NCBI RefSeq assembly: GCF_028858535.1
Contig: NZ_JAPMOU010000004.1
Location: 149,473 to 213,472, forward strand
DNA length: 64,000 nucleotides
Reading direction: 5' to 3'
Source: Spartinivicinus poritis
GTDB lineage: Bacteria; Pseudomonadota; Gammaproteobacteria; Pseudomonadales; Zooshikellaceae
The translations under genes were made by a program, and so were the position numbers. The notes under the pieces are model-generated. The model searched no databases, was not told the DNA's origin, and saw only the letters and a list, made by a program, of their open reading frames with translations. Positions 20,670 through 30,680 of the stretch are shown here, piece by piece. Within the stretch, counting starts at the first letter, position 1. The number at the start of each line of letters is the position of its first letter.

Positions 20670-21530
20670 TTACTTCTTTACCGGCATCCGGCTCGCTTTT
20701 AAGCTGTCTTTTATTGCCTTCAGGTGTTTTTGAAAATCTACCCCACGCTTCAAAGTAACACCTGTTGCTAATACATCCAGTACGGTTAAATGCACCATCC
20801 GCGATGCCATGGGCATATATACGTCAGTATCTTCCTGGGTGGTTACTCCAATTGTCAGGGTGCACTCTTCTGCTAAATAAGAGTCTGGAGCAGTAATACC
20901 TATCACGGTAGCGCCAGCTTCGCGGCCTATTTTGGCAACTTCGACTAATTCTCTTGTACGACCAGTGTAGGAAATAATGACGATGACATCGCCCGTTCTA
21001 GCAACTGATGCCACCATTCTTTGCATTAAAAAGTCATCATAAGCCATTACAGGGATATTAAAACGGAAAAATTTGTGCTGGGCATCCATTGCTACTGGGC
21101 CAGAGGCACCTACCCCAAAAAAGCTAATTTGTTTTGCTTGAATCAGATAGTCTACTGCCTTGGTGATTTCATTAGCATCAATACTTTGTCTGGCCGCGTC
21201 CAAGCTGGCGATACTGAAAGAAAAAATCTTGTCTGTGTACTCTTGAGCAGTATCATCTTGCTCTACATTACGACTGACATAAGGGGTACCACTGGCCAGG
21301 CTTTGGGCTAACTGCAACTTGAAATCTGGATAGCCTTTCGCATCAAAACTACGGCAAAACCGGTTAACAGTAGGCTCACTTACACCTGCTTCTTGAGCTA
21401 AGGCAGCGATACTGTAGCGCGTAGCAGAATGTGGGTCTTTCAAAATCACATCAGCTACTTTGCGCTCTGAACGATTTAGCGTATCTAAACTGGTTTTAAT
21501 ACGCTCAATTAAATTTATAGGTCGATTCAT
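20670..21530 (-). CDS. hexR: HexR (RpiR/MurR family, HTH + SIS domain) regulator of central carbon metabolism
   Basis: RpiR-type HTH ([45 protein letters not shown]) followed by a SIS domain. Located divergent from zwf-pgl-eda, as in Pseudomonas. Start set at the internal MNRPINL. The longer ORF-track start would read through into the repeat element. Confidence 0.8.
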   Translation of the reverse strand: MNRPINLIERIKTSLDTLNRSERKVADVILKDPHSATRYSIAALAQEAGVSEPTVNRFCRSFDAKGYPDFKLQLAQSLASGTPYVSRNVEQDDTAQEYTDKIFSFSIASLDAARQSIDANEITKAVDYLIQAKQISFFGVGASGPVAMDAQHKFFRFNIPVMAYDDFLMQRMVASVARTGDVIVIISYTGRTRELVEVAKIGREAGATVIGITAPDSYLAEECTLTIGVTTQEDTDVYMPMASRMVHLTVLDVLATGVTLKRGVDFQKHLKAIKDSLKASRMPVKK

Positions 21531-21663
21531 AAAGCAATCAGAAGACCGGTTAAGTAACAGATATGCCTTCAGGGCAATCGCTGCCGCTAAAAGCGATGTT
21601 CTTTGGCTATACAAATCAGTACTTTGCCAAGCACAGTGAATAAACCACCCCAGACATAGTAGC

Positions 21664-21814
21664 TGTCGCAAAAGTACTTAAAATCAAGTTCCTTCTCCCC
21701 TGTAGGGAGAAGGTTAGGATGAGTGAGTCCGCGTAGCGGAGACTTTAAAGTAACTTCACCCTCACCCCAGCCCTCTCCCAGAGGGAGAGGGAGCTAAATA
21801 TAACTTTTGCGACA
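21664..21814. mobile_element. 151-bp MITE/REP-like element with perfect 12-bp terminal inverted repeats in the hexR-zwf intergenic region
   Basis: TGTCGCAAAAGT at 21664 and ACTTTTGCGACA at 21803 flank three perfect hairpins: CCTTCTCCC-CTGTA-GGGAGAAGG, GTCCGC-GTA-GCGGAC-like, and CCCTCTCCC-AGA-GGGAGAGGG. No coding capacity. Confidence 0.6.
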
Positions 21815-22085
21815 CCCTCTATATGAGAAAGTACGCGGTAACTCAGGGTACACCCCTTTAGGCTGACTATACTGAGTCTAAAAACGCGGCTTATCATAAC
21901 TTGGCTTACATAGTCCTACCAGTATTTAAATGGTCCAAACTTATAACATCATACTACTTACTCTACTGATATGTAGTAAATTTAACAAACAAAATTGCAA
22001 TATCAAGGTTTTAGCCCTATCATCAGGCTAAAAAAGTAATTAGATAACTACAAATTGATCGATACTATGAAAGCTGGTTGTCAGT

Positions 22086-23564
22086 ATGAATTCCAATCAA
22101 GACAAAGTTTGTGACTTAGCTATATTTGGTGCTCAAGGAGACCTGGCACTCCGAAAGCTATTTCCTTCTCTGTTTCAGCTGGATAAAGCAGGCCTGCTGG
22201 ATGCAGAAACACGCATGATCGGGCTGGCTCGCGATCATGTCGACCAACCGGGCTTTAAAGAAAATGTTACAGAACACCTGAAAAAATACATTCCAGCAGA
22301 CGAGCTTGATAACGAAGTACTACAACGTTTTTGTAGTCGGCTTCAATATATCAAGCTGGATTTTGCCACAGAAGAAGGCTATGACCAGCTGGTTGCCACC
22401 CGAGCAAAGGTAAAGCATCGCTTGATATGTTATTTTGCCACACCAGCCTCCGTTTATGGCCCCATTTGTGAAAACTTGTCTAAGCACCAGCTAATAGACA
22501 GCAAAACTCGTGTAGTACTAGAAAAGCCTATTGGTTACGACCTAGCCTCATCTTGCGAAATTAACGATCAAGTGGCTAAGTATTTTGATGAATGCCAAAT
22601 CTATCGTATTGACCACTATTTAGGGAAAGAAACTGTTCAAAACCTTATCGCGTTAAGGTTTGCCAATAATTTGTTTGGCTCACAGTGGGATTTAAATCAT
22701 ATCGATCACATTGAAATCACTGTAGCTGAAAAAGTGGGTATTGAAGGCCGCTGGGGGTATTTTGACAAAGCAGGACAACTGCGAGATATGGTCCAAAATC
22801 ACCTTCTGCAATTACTCTGTTTAATTGCAATGGATCCACCCAGTGACTTATCAGCAGACAGTATCCGTGATGAAAAAGTAAAAGTACTCAAGGCACTACA
22901 GCCTATTACACCAGAGCTATTGACGACACATGTAGTACGTGGCCAATACGGCGCTGGTACTATTGACGGCAAACCAGTACCTGGCTATTTAGAAGAAGAG
23001 AATGCCAAATCCAGCAGTAGTACTGAGTCGTTTGTTTCACTAAAAGTAATGATCAACAACTGGCGTTGGGCCAATGTCCCCTTTTACCTTAGAACAGGTA
23101 AACGGATGCCTGAAAAACTGTCGCAAATCATTATCCACTTTAAACAACAACCTCATTATATTTTTGCACCCGAGCAGCGGAGCATTGCCAGCAATAAATT
23201 AATTATCCGCCTCCAGCCTGACGAAGGTATTTCACTACAGGTGATGACTAAAGACCAAGGCTTGGATAAAGGTATGCGGTTAAGAGCTGGGCCTTTACAA
23301 TTAAGTTTTTCCGACACATTCCACGCCGATCGAATCCCTGATGCTTATGAGCGTCTGCTGTTAGAGCTGATGAAAGGCAATCAATATCTGTTTGTCCGGC
23401 GTGATGAAGTGGAATACGCCTGGCGTTGGTGTGATCGAATTATTCAGGGCTGGGAAGACCAAAATACCCGCCCACAAAAATATCCTGCAGGCTCCTGGGG
23501 GCCGGTTTCTTCAATTGCAATGATTACTCGAGACGGGAGATCCTGGTATGAAGACTCAGCTTAA
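22086..23564 (+). CDS. zwf: glucose-6-phosphate 1-dehydrogenase
   Basis: 492 aa. N-terminal NADP-binding region ([21 protein letters not shown]). The G6PD signature region RIDHYLGKE is present. Confidence 0.95.
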   Translation: MNSNQDKVCDLAIFGAQGDLALRKLFPSLFQLDKAGLLDAETRMIGLARDHVDQPGFKENVTEHLKKYIPADELDNEVLQRFCSRLQYIKLDFATEEGYDQLVATRAKVKHRLICYFATPASVYGPICENLSKHQLIDSKTRVVLEKPIGYDLASSCEINDQVAKYFDECQIYRIDHYLGKETVQNLIALRFANNLFGSQWDLNHIDHIEITVAEKVGIEGRWGYFDKAGQLRDMVQNHLLQLLCLIAMDPPSDLSADSIRDEKVKVLKALQPITPELLTTHVVRGQYGAGTIDGKPVPGYLEEENAKSSSSTESFVSLKVMINNWRWANVPFYLRTGKRMPEKLSQIIIHFKQQPHYIFAPEQRSIASNKLIIRLQPDEGISLQVMTKDQGLDKGMRLRAGPLQLSFSDTFHADRIPDAYERLLLELMKGNQYLFVRRDEVEYAWRWCDRIIQGWEDQNTRPQKYPAGSWGPVSSIAMITRDGRSWYEDSA

Positions 23565-24276
23565 TCAGCTAGAAGCGTTGTTAAATAACAAACTGGCTAA
23601 TTTTGATAATGCTGATCAGCTAACAACTGCCCTAGCCACGGATATTACCAAACAACTAACTAAAGCTATTGCAGAAAAAGGGCATGCCACTCTGATTTTA
23701 TCTGGAGGACGCACCCCTATTCCATTATTTAAGCAATTGGCCAATACGGACATTGAATGGGAAAAAGTTTATATCACGCTAGCCGACGAGCGTTGGGTAA
23801 ATCCTGATGATGAAGCGAGCAATGAACGATTAATCCGCCAACACCTATTACAACAGCATGCCGCTAAAGCTAGTTTTACCGGTTTAAAAAATCACCATGA
23901 TTTAGCTACAGCAGGCGAAACTGAATGTAACAATCTATTAGGCAAATTACCTTACCCATTTGATGTGGTAGTGCTGGGAATGGGCAATGACGGGCATACC
24001 GCTTCTTTATTTCCAGAATCTACACGCCTGGCAGAGGGGTTAGATCCCAATAACCCTAACCACTGCCTTGCTATCACCCCAATGCACGCTCCCCATGAGC
24101 GAATGAGTTTAACCTTTGCCTCATTAAAACAAGCCAAACAGATTATTTTACATCTTTGCGGAACAGATAAATTAAATACCTTACAAACTGCCTGTGAGGA
24201 TGGACCCATAGAAGACATGCCAATCAGAGCATTTCTCCGCAGCCAGTTGCCATTGACAGTCTATTGGAGTCCATAG
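23548..24276 (+). CDS. pgl: 6-phosphogluconolactonase
   Basis: 242 aa. Overlaps the zwf stop by 17 nt. LSGGRTP motif of the glucosamine-6-P isomerase / 6PGL family. Confidence 0.9.
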   Translation: MKTQLNQLEALLNNKLANFDNADQLTTALATDITKQLTKAIAEKGHATLILSGGRTPIPLFKQLANTDIEWEKVYITLADERWVNPDDEASNERLIRQHLLQQHAAKASFTGLKNHHDLATAGETECNNLLGKLPYPFDVVVLGMGNDGHTASLFPESTRLAEGLDPNNPNHCLAITPMHAPHERMSLTFASLKQAKQIILHLCGTDKLNTLQTACEDGPIEDMPIRAFLRSQLPLTVYWSP

Positions 24277-24301
24277 TTAGGGATTAAAGGTTTTAAGAAA
24301 T

Positions 24302-24955
24302 ATGACAACACAACTGCCAACGTCTATCACCAGCCAAATTGACCACATTTGTAGTCAGTCTCTGATAATGCCTGTTATTACAATTAATTCTGCTGAACAG
24401 GCATTACCTTTAGCAGAGGCATTATTAGCAGGCGGTATCAATGTATTAGAAATCACCTTACGTTCTGAATATGGCTTAACTGCCATTGCTGAGCTAAGAA
24501 AAAAACTACCAGAAGCCTGGATTGGAGCAGGCACAGTCACCAATCGCGAGCTATTAAAACAAGCGCAAGAGGCAGGCGCACAATTTATAGTAACGCCAGG
24601 CAGCACTGATGATTTATTAGCAGCCGGCGTAACAGCTAATATCCCACTATTACCAGGTATTGCTACTGGCTCCGAATTAATGATGGGGCTGGAAAAAGGC
24701 TATCAACGGTTCAAATTCTTCCCTGCCGCCATAAACGGAGGAACAGCAGCACTAAAAGCATTTTCAGGCCCATTTGGCCAGGTAAAATTCTGCCCAACCG
24801 GCGGAATCAATTTAGACAATGCCGCTGAGTACTTAGCCTTAAATAATGTGATCTGTATAGGCGGTAGCTGGGTAGTATCTAAAGACGCCATCGAAAATAG
24901 CGATTGGAAAAAAATCACTACTATAACCAAAGAAAGTATTGAGCAGTTGGCTTAA
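24302..24955 (+). CDS. eda: KDPG / KHG aldolase
   Basis: 217 aa. Typical Eda fold motifs (PVITIN...LEITLRS; the Schiff-base Lys region GQVKFCPTGGI). Confidence 0.9.
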   Translation: MTTQLPTSITSQIDHICSQSLIMPVITINSAEQALPLAEALLAGGINVLEITLRSEYGLTAIAELRKKLPEAWIGAGTVTNRELLKQAQEAGAQFIVTPGSTDDLLAAGVTANIPLLPGIATGSELMMGLEKGYQRFKFFPAAINGGTAALKAFSGPFGQVKFCPTGGINLDNAAEYLALNNVICIGGSWVVSKDAIENSDWKKITTITKESIEQLA

Positions 24956-25203
24956 TATACCCAATGCGAAGGGTTTTTAGGGCTAGCCTACAGAGGTGAG
25001 GCTAGCAATAATAGCATTAACTGATAAAAGAGCGTTATCGGCAAGCCATCAAGTGACGAGTTCCAGTAGCACTTTTTATATCAATTAAAGTTGCTACCGC
25101 AAGTCTTACAGTAGTAGACTTGCCCCCATGAGCCTATATTAATAGGTGACTGGGGTGAGGAATGAAGATAACAAAACCTAAAAATGATTCGCGACGGGTA
25201 TAA
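24956..25203 (+). repeat. MITE-like structured repeat, copy 1 (full length)
   Basis: Begins TATACCCAATGCGAAGGGTTTTTAGGGCTAGCCTACAG immediately after the eda stop. About 90% identical over ~205 bp to the inverted copy at 34301-34504. Contains the hairpin GCTAGCCT...AGGCTAGC. Confidence 0.8.
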
Positions 25204-25630
25204 TACAGCTAGTGAGGCACTTACAATAGTGTTTACTAAAGGGAGTAATGACTCCCTTTACATTTGAGCATGATATTACTTTTCTACCCCACTAAACATC
25301 GTTGTTTTTTTGCCTTTAATTACTAATGACCAAGCATTTTTTACGCCCGACCCAGTGTAATTATTTTTTTCTGTATCTTTAAACCAATAATACAGTGGCA
25401 AACCATCATAAGTTAACTGTAATCAATTACAACTTAACAACAATACAAAAATAACACCAAAACAATGTTTGATGAGCATACCCCCCCATAAAAGCTCTTG
25501 TTGACTTATATCAATCATTGCTTTTTATTATAATCAAAAGATTACTTTAGAGCTGCCATTACTCTAACTGTCAAGTAAAATAAGCACACGACAATGATCA
25601 ATAACCAACCAATTTTTAAAGGAGTAACCT

Positions 25631-25744
25631 ATGTTAGCTCGGATGGCATTGGCTATTATTATATGGGCATTAACTATTACCGCCATCAACTTACAAGCAG
25701 CTGAAGTTAACTGTTTCCACACCGAGCAAACATGTAATAATTAA
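25631..25744 (+). CDS. candidate small ORF (37 aa, hydrophobic, two Cys) with strong SD
   Basis: AAAGGAGT sits 6 nt before the ATG. Peptide MLARMALAIIIWALTITAINLQAAEVNCFHTEQTCNN. Lies in a 1.2-kb AT-rich non-coding leader upstream of the GspE-like gene. Not in the supplied ORF track (too short). Confidence 0.25.
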   Translation: MLARMALAIIIWALTITAINLQAAEVNCFHTEQTCNN

Positions 25745-26390
25745 CAGCAAGGAAAGATAAATAAGGATCTATAAAAAAAGGGACAATCACCAATATCATT
25801 TAATTCTAGTAATTCCTCGTAGCTGCTCATTTAAATGACTACGAGGACTTTTATATATAGTTCTTATAGTTTGCTAAAGCTTACTCCACTTCTTAATAAT
25901 AGCTTTCTAGCCTTATATAAAAAACAAGATAATGCAAGTCTATATAACCCCTTACATAATGCAGGGCAAACATACGATGTAAGTTGATTTAACACAACAA
26001 TAATATTATTAACGATTGTTTTATTATGCTAACTTTCAGCGCTTGTGAATAATAACCAACATGCGAGCGAATTAGCATTTTCAGGCATATCTAATGATTG
26101 TTTACCCCTGAAGTCAGTCACTGCTACTATAAAAATTTTGGATACTATAATAAGGATGTAACTCACTAGTTATTTTTTACTTTCAAAAATATAGGCGCAC
26201 TATATTAATTAGAAATAATTTTGCAATTAATATAATAAACAATTATATAACAATATTTTTACCTGCTTATGTATGATTACCAAAAAAATTTGCTAGAATT
26301 ATAAAGCGCTGTTGAAGAAATTGATATCACCTATGATCAACTATTTAACCAGCTTACCTTTACAACAATTTTTAGGTTAAGGTTAAGCTT

Positions 26391-28160
26391 ATGCCTGGCC
26401 ATAATACCACTAACTTAAGTGTTCAACCTCTTCCCGAACCTATCAAGTCTTCCAGCCTTTTACTTAAAAGGCTGGAAGCTGCGAGTACTCCGGTATCTTA
26501 TCGCCTGGATATTTTACTTATTGTATTCGGTTTTCTGTCACAAGAAGCAAGACATGAAAATATTAAATATTTAAATAAACTGAACGCTGACTCAGACATT
26601 GGCCACTACTTAATAAGTAAAAATATTATAACAGAAAGAGAGTTTCAGCGTGTTTTAGCTTATAAATTAGGTATGCCTTTTGTGTCACTTATAGATTTAG
26701 AATTTGACCTAAATATTATAAATCTTTTACCTGAAGAAGTCGCTAGAGACCATACTGTATTGCCAGTATTAGATCTTGGAGAAAAACTAGTCATAGCAAT
26801 GACGTTGCCACTAAAAAGCCAAACTATAAAATATTTAAGTTTTTTAACCAATTTTGTTATTGAGCCTGTAATTGCAGAGAGAAAAGATATTGAGTTCGCA
26901 ATAGCAAGACTATACGGGACCAGTAGTGAACTTGAAGCATTAGAAGAGTTTAAAAGCAACTACCATGAAGGAAACAAGCTAACTAGCAAAGACAACCTAT
27001 TACTTGGCCAAAAAAAGCCTATTGTAAAACTTGTTCATAATATGATTCTTGATGCTATTGGTAGCAAGGCCTCCGACATACATTTGAGACCTTGTGAAAA
27101 CGGGATAGATTTATTATTTAGAATTGATGGTAGCTTAATTAAAATACGAACATTTACTAAAGGGCTACTAGCCCCCATCATAAGCAGGTTAAAAGTCATG
27201 TCAGGAATGGACCTTGCTGCACACCATTTACCACAGGATGGACAGGCTTATTTAAAAAAAGGTGATCGGCAAATTGACTTACGGTTTTCAGTTATACCTA
27301 CTATTTATGGAGAAAGCGCAGTTATAAGAATTCTTGATGCAAAGTATGGCATGAAGAATTTATCTGGTATTGGTTTCTCAGAAAAAGACTTAACCTTATT
27401 TACTAATTTATTACACCGATCAAATGGTATTATTCTAGTGACAGGACCTACTGGCTCCGGAAAATCAACAACCCTTTATGCCGCTTTACAAGAAATAAAA
27501 ATGCGTAATGTTAATGTTGTTACCGTAGAAGATCCGGTTGAATATCATATTGACGGTCTTGTACAAATACAAGTCAACCACTCGATTGGCTACACTTTTT
27601 CAAGGGCATTAAGGCATATTCTAAGACATGACCCTGATGTGCTTATGGTAGGTGAGATAAGAGATTTAGAGACAGCACAAATGGCTATTGAATGTAGCCT
27701 TACAGGACATATAGTACTCTCTACGTTACATACTAATAGTGCAGCAACAACTATAGCACGTTTACTAGAAATTGGTATTGATCCTTATCTTGTAAATACT
27801 TCCTTGTTAGGTGTTTTAGCCCAGCGGCTTGTTCGTTGTAACTGTAAACATTGCTTAGTGGAAGAAAAAGTAAGGGCTGGTGTTCACTCTTCTCTGGGTT
27901 TGAAAGATGAAGAAACTTTTTATCGAGGTAAAGGTTGCGACCACTGCCGTAACACAGGTTATTCAGGCCGGCATGCCGTTTATGAGTTACTGATTATGAG
28001 CAATGAAATTCGTCAAGCAACTATTAATGGTAGTGGTGCTGAGCTTATTAAAAATGCAGCTATAAAAGAAGGTATGACACCGCTCACACAACAAGCACTT
28101 AGCTTGGCTCGTAATAAACTAACATCGTTAGAAGAAGTATATCGAACCATTTTAGATTAA
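26391..28160 (+). CDS. GspE/PilB-family type II secretion / type IV pilus assembly ATPase, orphan
   Basis: 589 aa. N-terminal T2SSE_N-like domain. Walker A VTGPTGSGKSTT, Asp box, His box and the tetracysteine motif (C..C...C..C: CNCKHC...CDHCRNTG). No other secretion or pilus genes nearby. Confidence 0.85.
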   Translation: MPGHNTTNLSVQPLPEPIKSSSLLLKRLEAASTPVSYRLDILLIVFGFLSQEARHENIKYLNKLNADSDIGHYLISKNIITEREFQRVLAYKLGMPFVSLIDLEFDLNIINLLPEEVARDHTVLPVLDLGEKLVIAMTLPLKSQTIKYLSFLTNFVIEPVIAERKDIEFAIARLYGTSSELEALEEFKSNYHEGNKLTSKDNLLLGQKKPIVKLVHNMILDAIGSKASDIHLRPCENGIDLLFRIDGSLIKIRTFTKGLLAPIISRLKVMSGMDLAAHHLPQDGQAYLKKGDRQIDLRFSVIPTIYGESAVIRILDAKYGMKNLSGIGFSEKDLTLFTNLLHRSNGIILVTGPTGSGKSTTLYAALQEIKMRNVNVVTVEDPVEYHIDGLVQIQVNHSIGYTFSRALRHILRHDPDVLMVGEIRDLETAQMAIECSLTGHIVLSTLHTNSAATTIARLLEIGIDPYLVNTSLLGVLAQRLVRCNCKHCLVEEKVRAGVHSSLGLKDEETFYRGKGCDHCRNTGYSGRHAVYELLIMSNEIRQATINGSGAELIKNAAIKEGMTPLTQQALSLARNKLTSLEEVYRTILD

Positions 28161-28189
28161 AAAAAAACAAACTTGCTATCAATGGAGTA

Positions 28190-28447
28190 TTGACTATGCA
28201 TATCTCCTTAACGAAACCAGAGCTAGATAGAGCACTGATCAAAGCCACAGAAATGTGGGAAAAAAGTGATGATAGTGACTATTTAGCAAAATCGTTACTT
28301 TATCATAATCAGTTAGTGAAAAAGCTAGATGCTGTTTATAAGGCAGCTAAGCTATATTTACATTCAGGTAGTGGAGCAAAGGAGCATACAAAACTCATTA
28401 GAGCTATAGATATAGTAGAACAAATCGAGTCAATTAAAGAATGGTAA
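28190..28447 (+). CDS. small helical hypothetical protein cotranscribed with the GspE-like ATPase
   Basis: 85-aa ORF 29 nt downstream of the ATPase gene. GGAG lies 8 nt before the ATG. Followed by a hairpin terminator. Confidence 0.45.
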   Translation: MTMHISLTKPELDRALIKATEMWEKSDDSDYLAKSLLYHNQLVKKLDAVYKAAKLYLHSGSGAKEHTKLIRAIDIVEQIESIKEW

Positions 28448-28465
28448 AAACCATATCATAATTCA

Positions 28466-28495
28466 GGTAATAGTTTTTCAAACTATTACCTTTCC
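28466..28495 (+). terminator. hairpin terminator between convergent GspE-operon and rtcR
   Basis: GGTAATAGTTT-TTC-AAACTATTACC (11-bp perfect stem) followed by TTTCC. Confidence 0.6.
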
Positions 28496-28524
28496 AACGA
28501 AAACGGAGATAACTTTATAAACCA

Positions 28525-30147
28525 CTATGATCTAACCTGATTAAAGCTCAAACCAAACTTAGACAAATAAATCCGTAAACGATGACTATCATTATTAGAT
28601 GCTTTTTGCGTTCGAGAATAATTAAACAATTCCCTTCCTGCCGCCGATAACGACGATTGCTGCTGGCAAATAGAAATCACCTGCTGTAGTTGTAACTGAT
28701 CAAACAAATCAATTGAAGCTAATTGTTCTTCACTAAAATAATGTGCTAAGTCTACACCAAAATGATTAACTTTGGGCTGATCGGTTTGCCAGTGCTTGGA
28801 TAACCGTTCTACTTCTTCACTGACAATGATTTCATTAATTCGTCCTCCTTCTGCTAACGTTAACATCCTTTGTACGCTGGCATTTAAGTCACGAAAATTG
28901 CCTCGCCAACTGGCCTGTGAAGATGTAGCAAAAGCTAGGTATTGCTGCTTTGCCTGTTGATTAAAACTGGCTTTATGGGCTGTTTTTCGCTCATGCTCCT
29001 GTAGCTCATAATTCAAGTTTGGCTCAATATCTTCTTTTCGTTGAGCTAAACCAGGCAGCTGATAAGTCCATAAGTTGATACGAGCTAATAAGTCATCACG
29101 AAATACCCCTTCTTCAACTGCCTGATATAGATCTTTATTGGTGCCAGCTATTTGTTGAAAATCACTTTGGACAGGCTTATCACTACCTAATGGGTAGAAT
29201 GTTTTTTCCTCAATAGCATGTAGTAGCATAGCTTGTTCATCTAGCCCAAGCTCACCAATTTCATCAAGAAATAACAACCCTTGGTTTGCTGCTAATAATA
29301 AACCATCCCGCTTATTTTGAGCTCCAGTAAATGCCCCTTTAATATGACCAAATAATGCTGACATAGCATTATCACCTTTTAAGGTTGCACAGTTAACTGC
29401 AATAAAATCACCAGCAACCAAGCCTTTTTGTTGTTTTAGCTGATAAATTCGTTTTGCCAGCATTGATTTACCTGCTCCAGTTGGCCCAGTAATTAACATG
29501 GGTGCCGTACTCCGAACAGCGACTTTCTCGATCTGCTCGATCATTTGGTTAAACGCTTTATTTTTAGTTTGAATGCCACTTTTTAAGAAAGACTGGTCAT
29601 CTAAAGCTTCTTTTTGAAAACGCTGCGCTAAGGCATCATATTTAGATAAATCCAGATCAATAACGGAGTAAGTACCAATCGCATTACCTTCTTCGTCTTT
29701 TACTCCTGGAGAAGACTGCAATAAACGGGCAGGTATATAGTTAGCTTCACACAATAAAAACCAACAAATCTGCGCTACATGGGTCCCAGTGGTGATGTGC
29801 AAATAGTAGTCTTCCTTTTCAGGCTTAAACGGGTAAGACTGACAGAACTCCAATAGCACACTATAAACTTCTTCAAAATCCCAAGGGTCGATAAAGCGAA
29901 CTGAATGCAAATTGTAAGCTGTATGATTAGACACCTCCTGCACATCTTCACACACCTTAGTTGCCAAGTTTTTATCCCTTGGTTGATGCAGCAACTCTAA
30001 ACGATCTAGCTTAAGATCCTTTTGCTGAAAAATACTAACGGTTGGCCGCCAGCTACTCCAACGCTTAGTCCCTTTACCTCGACGATCCTTAGTCGTACCC
30101 AGCAAACCAATGGCAACCTTAGTTTTGTTTGTTTTTTCACTCGTCAC
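28525..30147 (-). CDS. rtcR: sigma-54-dependent transcriptional regulator RtcR (N-terminal CARF domain, AAA+ sigma-54 activator, C-terminal HTH)
   Basis: 540 aa. Collinear strong similarity to E. coli RtcR as recalled from memory, not searched (VAIGLLGTT, WSSWRPTVSIFQQ, DRLELLH, WDFEEVY, HITTGTHVAQICWFLL, MIEQIEKVA). Walker A LITGPTGAGKS. GAFTGA sigma-54 contact motif. Confidence 0.9.
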   Translation of the reverse strand: MTSEKTNKTKVAIGLLGTTKDRRGKGTKRWSSWRPTVSIFQQKDLKLDRLELLHQPRDKNLATKVCEDVQEVSNHTAYNLHSVRFIDPWDFEEVYSVLLEFCQSYPFKPEKEDYYLHITTGTHVAQICWFLLCEANYIPARLLQSSPGVKDEEGNAIGTYSVIDLDLSKYDALAQRFQKEALDDQSFLKSGIQTKNKAFNQMIEQIEKVAVRSTAPMLITGPTGAGKSMLAKRIYQLKQQKGLVAGDFIAVNCATLKGDNAMSALFGHIKGAFTGAQNKRDGLLLAANQGLLFLDEIGELGLDEQAMLLHAIEEKTFYPLGSDKPVQSDFQQIAGTNKDLYQAVEEGVFRDDLLARINLWTYQLPGLAQRKEDIEPNLNYELQEHERKTAHKASFNQQAKQQYLAFATSSQASWRGNFRDLNASVQRMLTLAEGGRINEIIVSEEVERLSKHWQTDQPKVNHFGVDLAHYFSEEQLASIDLFDQLQLQQVISICQQQSSLSAAGRELFNYSRTQKASNNDSHRLRIYLSKFGLSFNQVRS

Positions 30148-30366
30148 ACCAACCTCACCTTATTACATTGCATACAAATGCTGCTACTCGGCCCTACCAA
30201 TTAACCGCTAACATACATATTATTTATATAGATCAATATTATATCCATATAGATATTTCAACAACAAAACTTCAGCGACAGCAATTCATGCTGGCCTCTC
30301 AGGTGATTCTTGCTATACCTTGAATATCAAGGCCTCCAACACTTTTAACAAAGAAATTTTAAAAGT

Positions 30367-30382
30367 TGGCACGTTAATCGCC
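30367..30382 (+). promoter_or_regulatory. candidate sigma-54 (-24/-12) promoter divergent from rtcR
   Basis: TTGGCACGTTAATCGCC. It has an exact TGGCACG -24 element and GG-N10-GC spacing, with -12 TCGC (one mismatch to TTGC). Orientation reads rightward into the tRNA-like RNA region, mirroring the rtcR/rtcBA divergent arrangement. Confidence 0.4.
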
Positions 30383-30607
30383 TTATGATTACTGTGCAAA
30401 GCGGAATGCTTTAGCAGGTCTGGTTTTTTGCTTCAAACCAAAGCCAGCCTGGTAACTCTTGTTTCAAGTAAGTTGTACCAAAGCGTCCCAAGACACAGTG
30501 CCCTTTCTCGGCATGGATTCGTAAGAATCTTATTGGGTTTTTTATGATATGGCATACAACTGGGTTCGAGTCCCTAAAAACCACCATTCATACTGGCTTT
30601 TAACCAG

Positions 30608-30680
30608 TGCTTGATAGCTCATTTGGTAGAGCAGTTGCTTAGGGAGCAATTGGTAGAAGGTTCGATTCCTTCTCAAGCTG
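30608..30680 (+). tRNA. tRNA-like element / atypical tRNA (anticodon AGG, U1.U72 mismatch), possibly a Y-RNA-like tRNA mimic or pseudo-tRNA
   Basis: Folds into a full cloverleaf by hand. Acceptor is 6 bp plus a U.U pair. U8-A9 present. D-arm GCTC/ATTTGGTA/GAGC with G18G19. Anticodon arm GTTGC/TTAGGGA/GCAAT (U33, anticodon AGG, R37). 5-nt variable loop. T-arm GAAGG/TTCGATT/CCTTC. No encoded CCA. The body resembles tRNA-Lys but the anticodon loop is altered. AGG is not a normal bacterial anticodon. Confidence 0.5.

Noticed and set aside
21531-21671. Longer HexR start ([10 protein letters not shown]...) given by the ORF track.
   Set aside because: The extension runs through the TIR of the 151-bp repeat element and encodes a Cys/Trp-rich non-HexR-like peptide. 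The RpiR HTH begins right after the internal MNRPINL start.
30129-30323. 64-aa ORF in the rtcR upstream region (and 30022-30204 inside rtcR).
   Set aside because: Lies in the divergent promoter/UAS region. No SD and a His/Ile-rich low-complexity product.
30550-30582. Second GGGTTCGAGTCCC T-arm-like motif upstream of the tRNA-like element.
   Set aside because: Flanking sequence cannot be folded into a D-arm, anticodon arm or acceptor stem. Possibly part of a longer structured RNA but not a tRNA.
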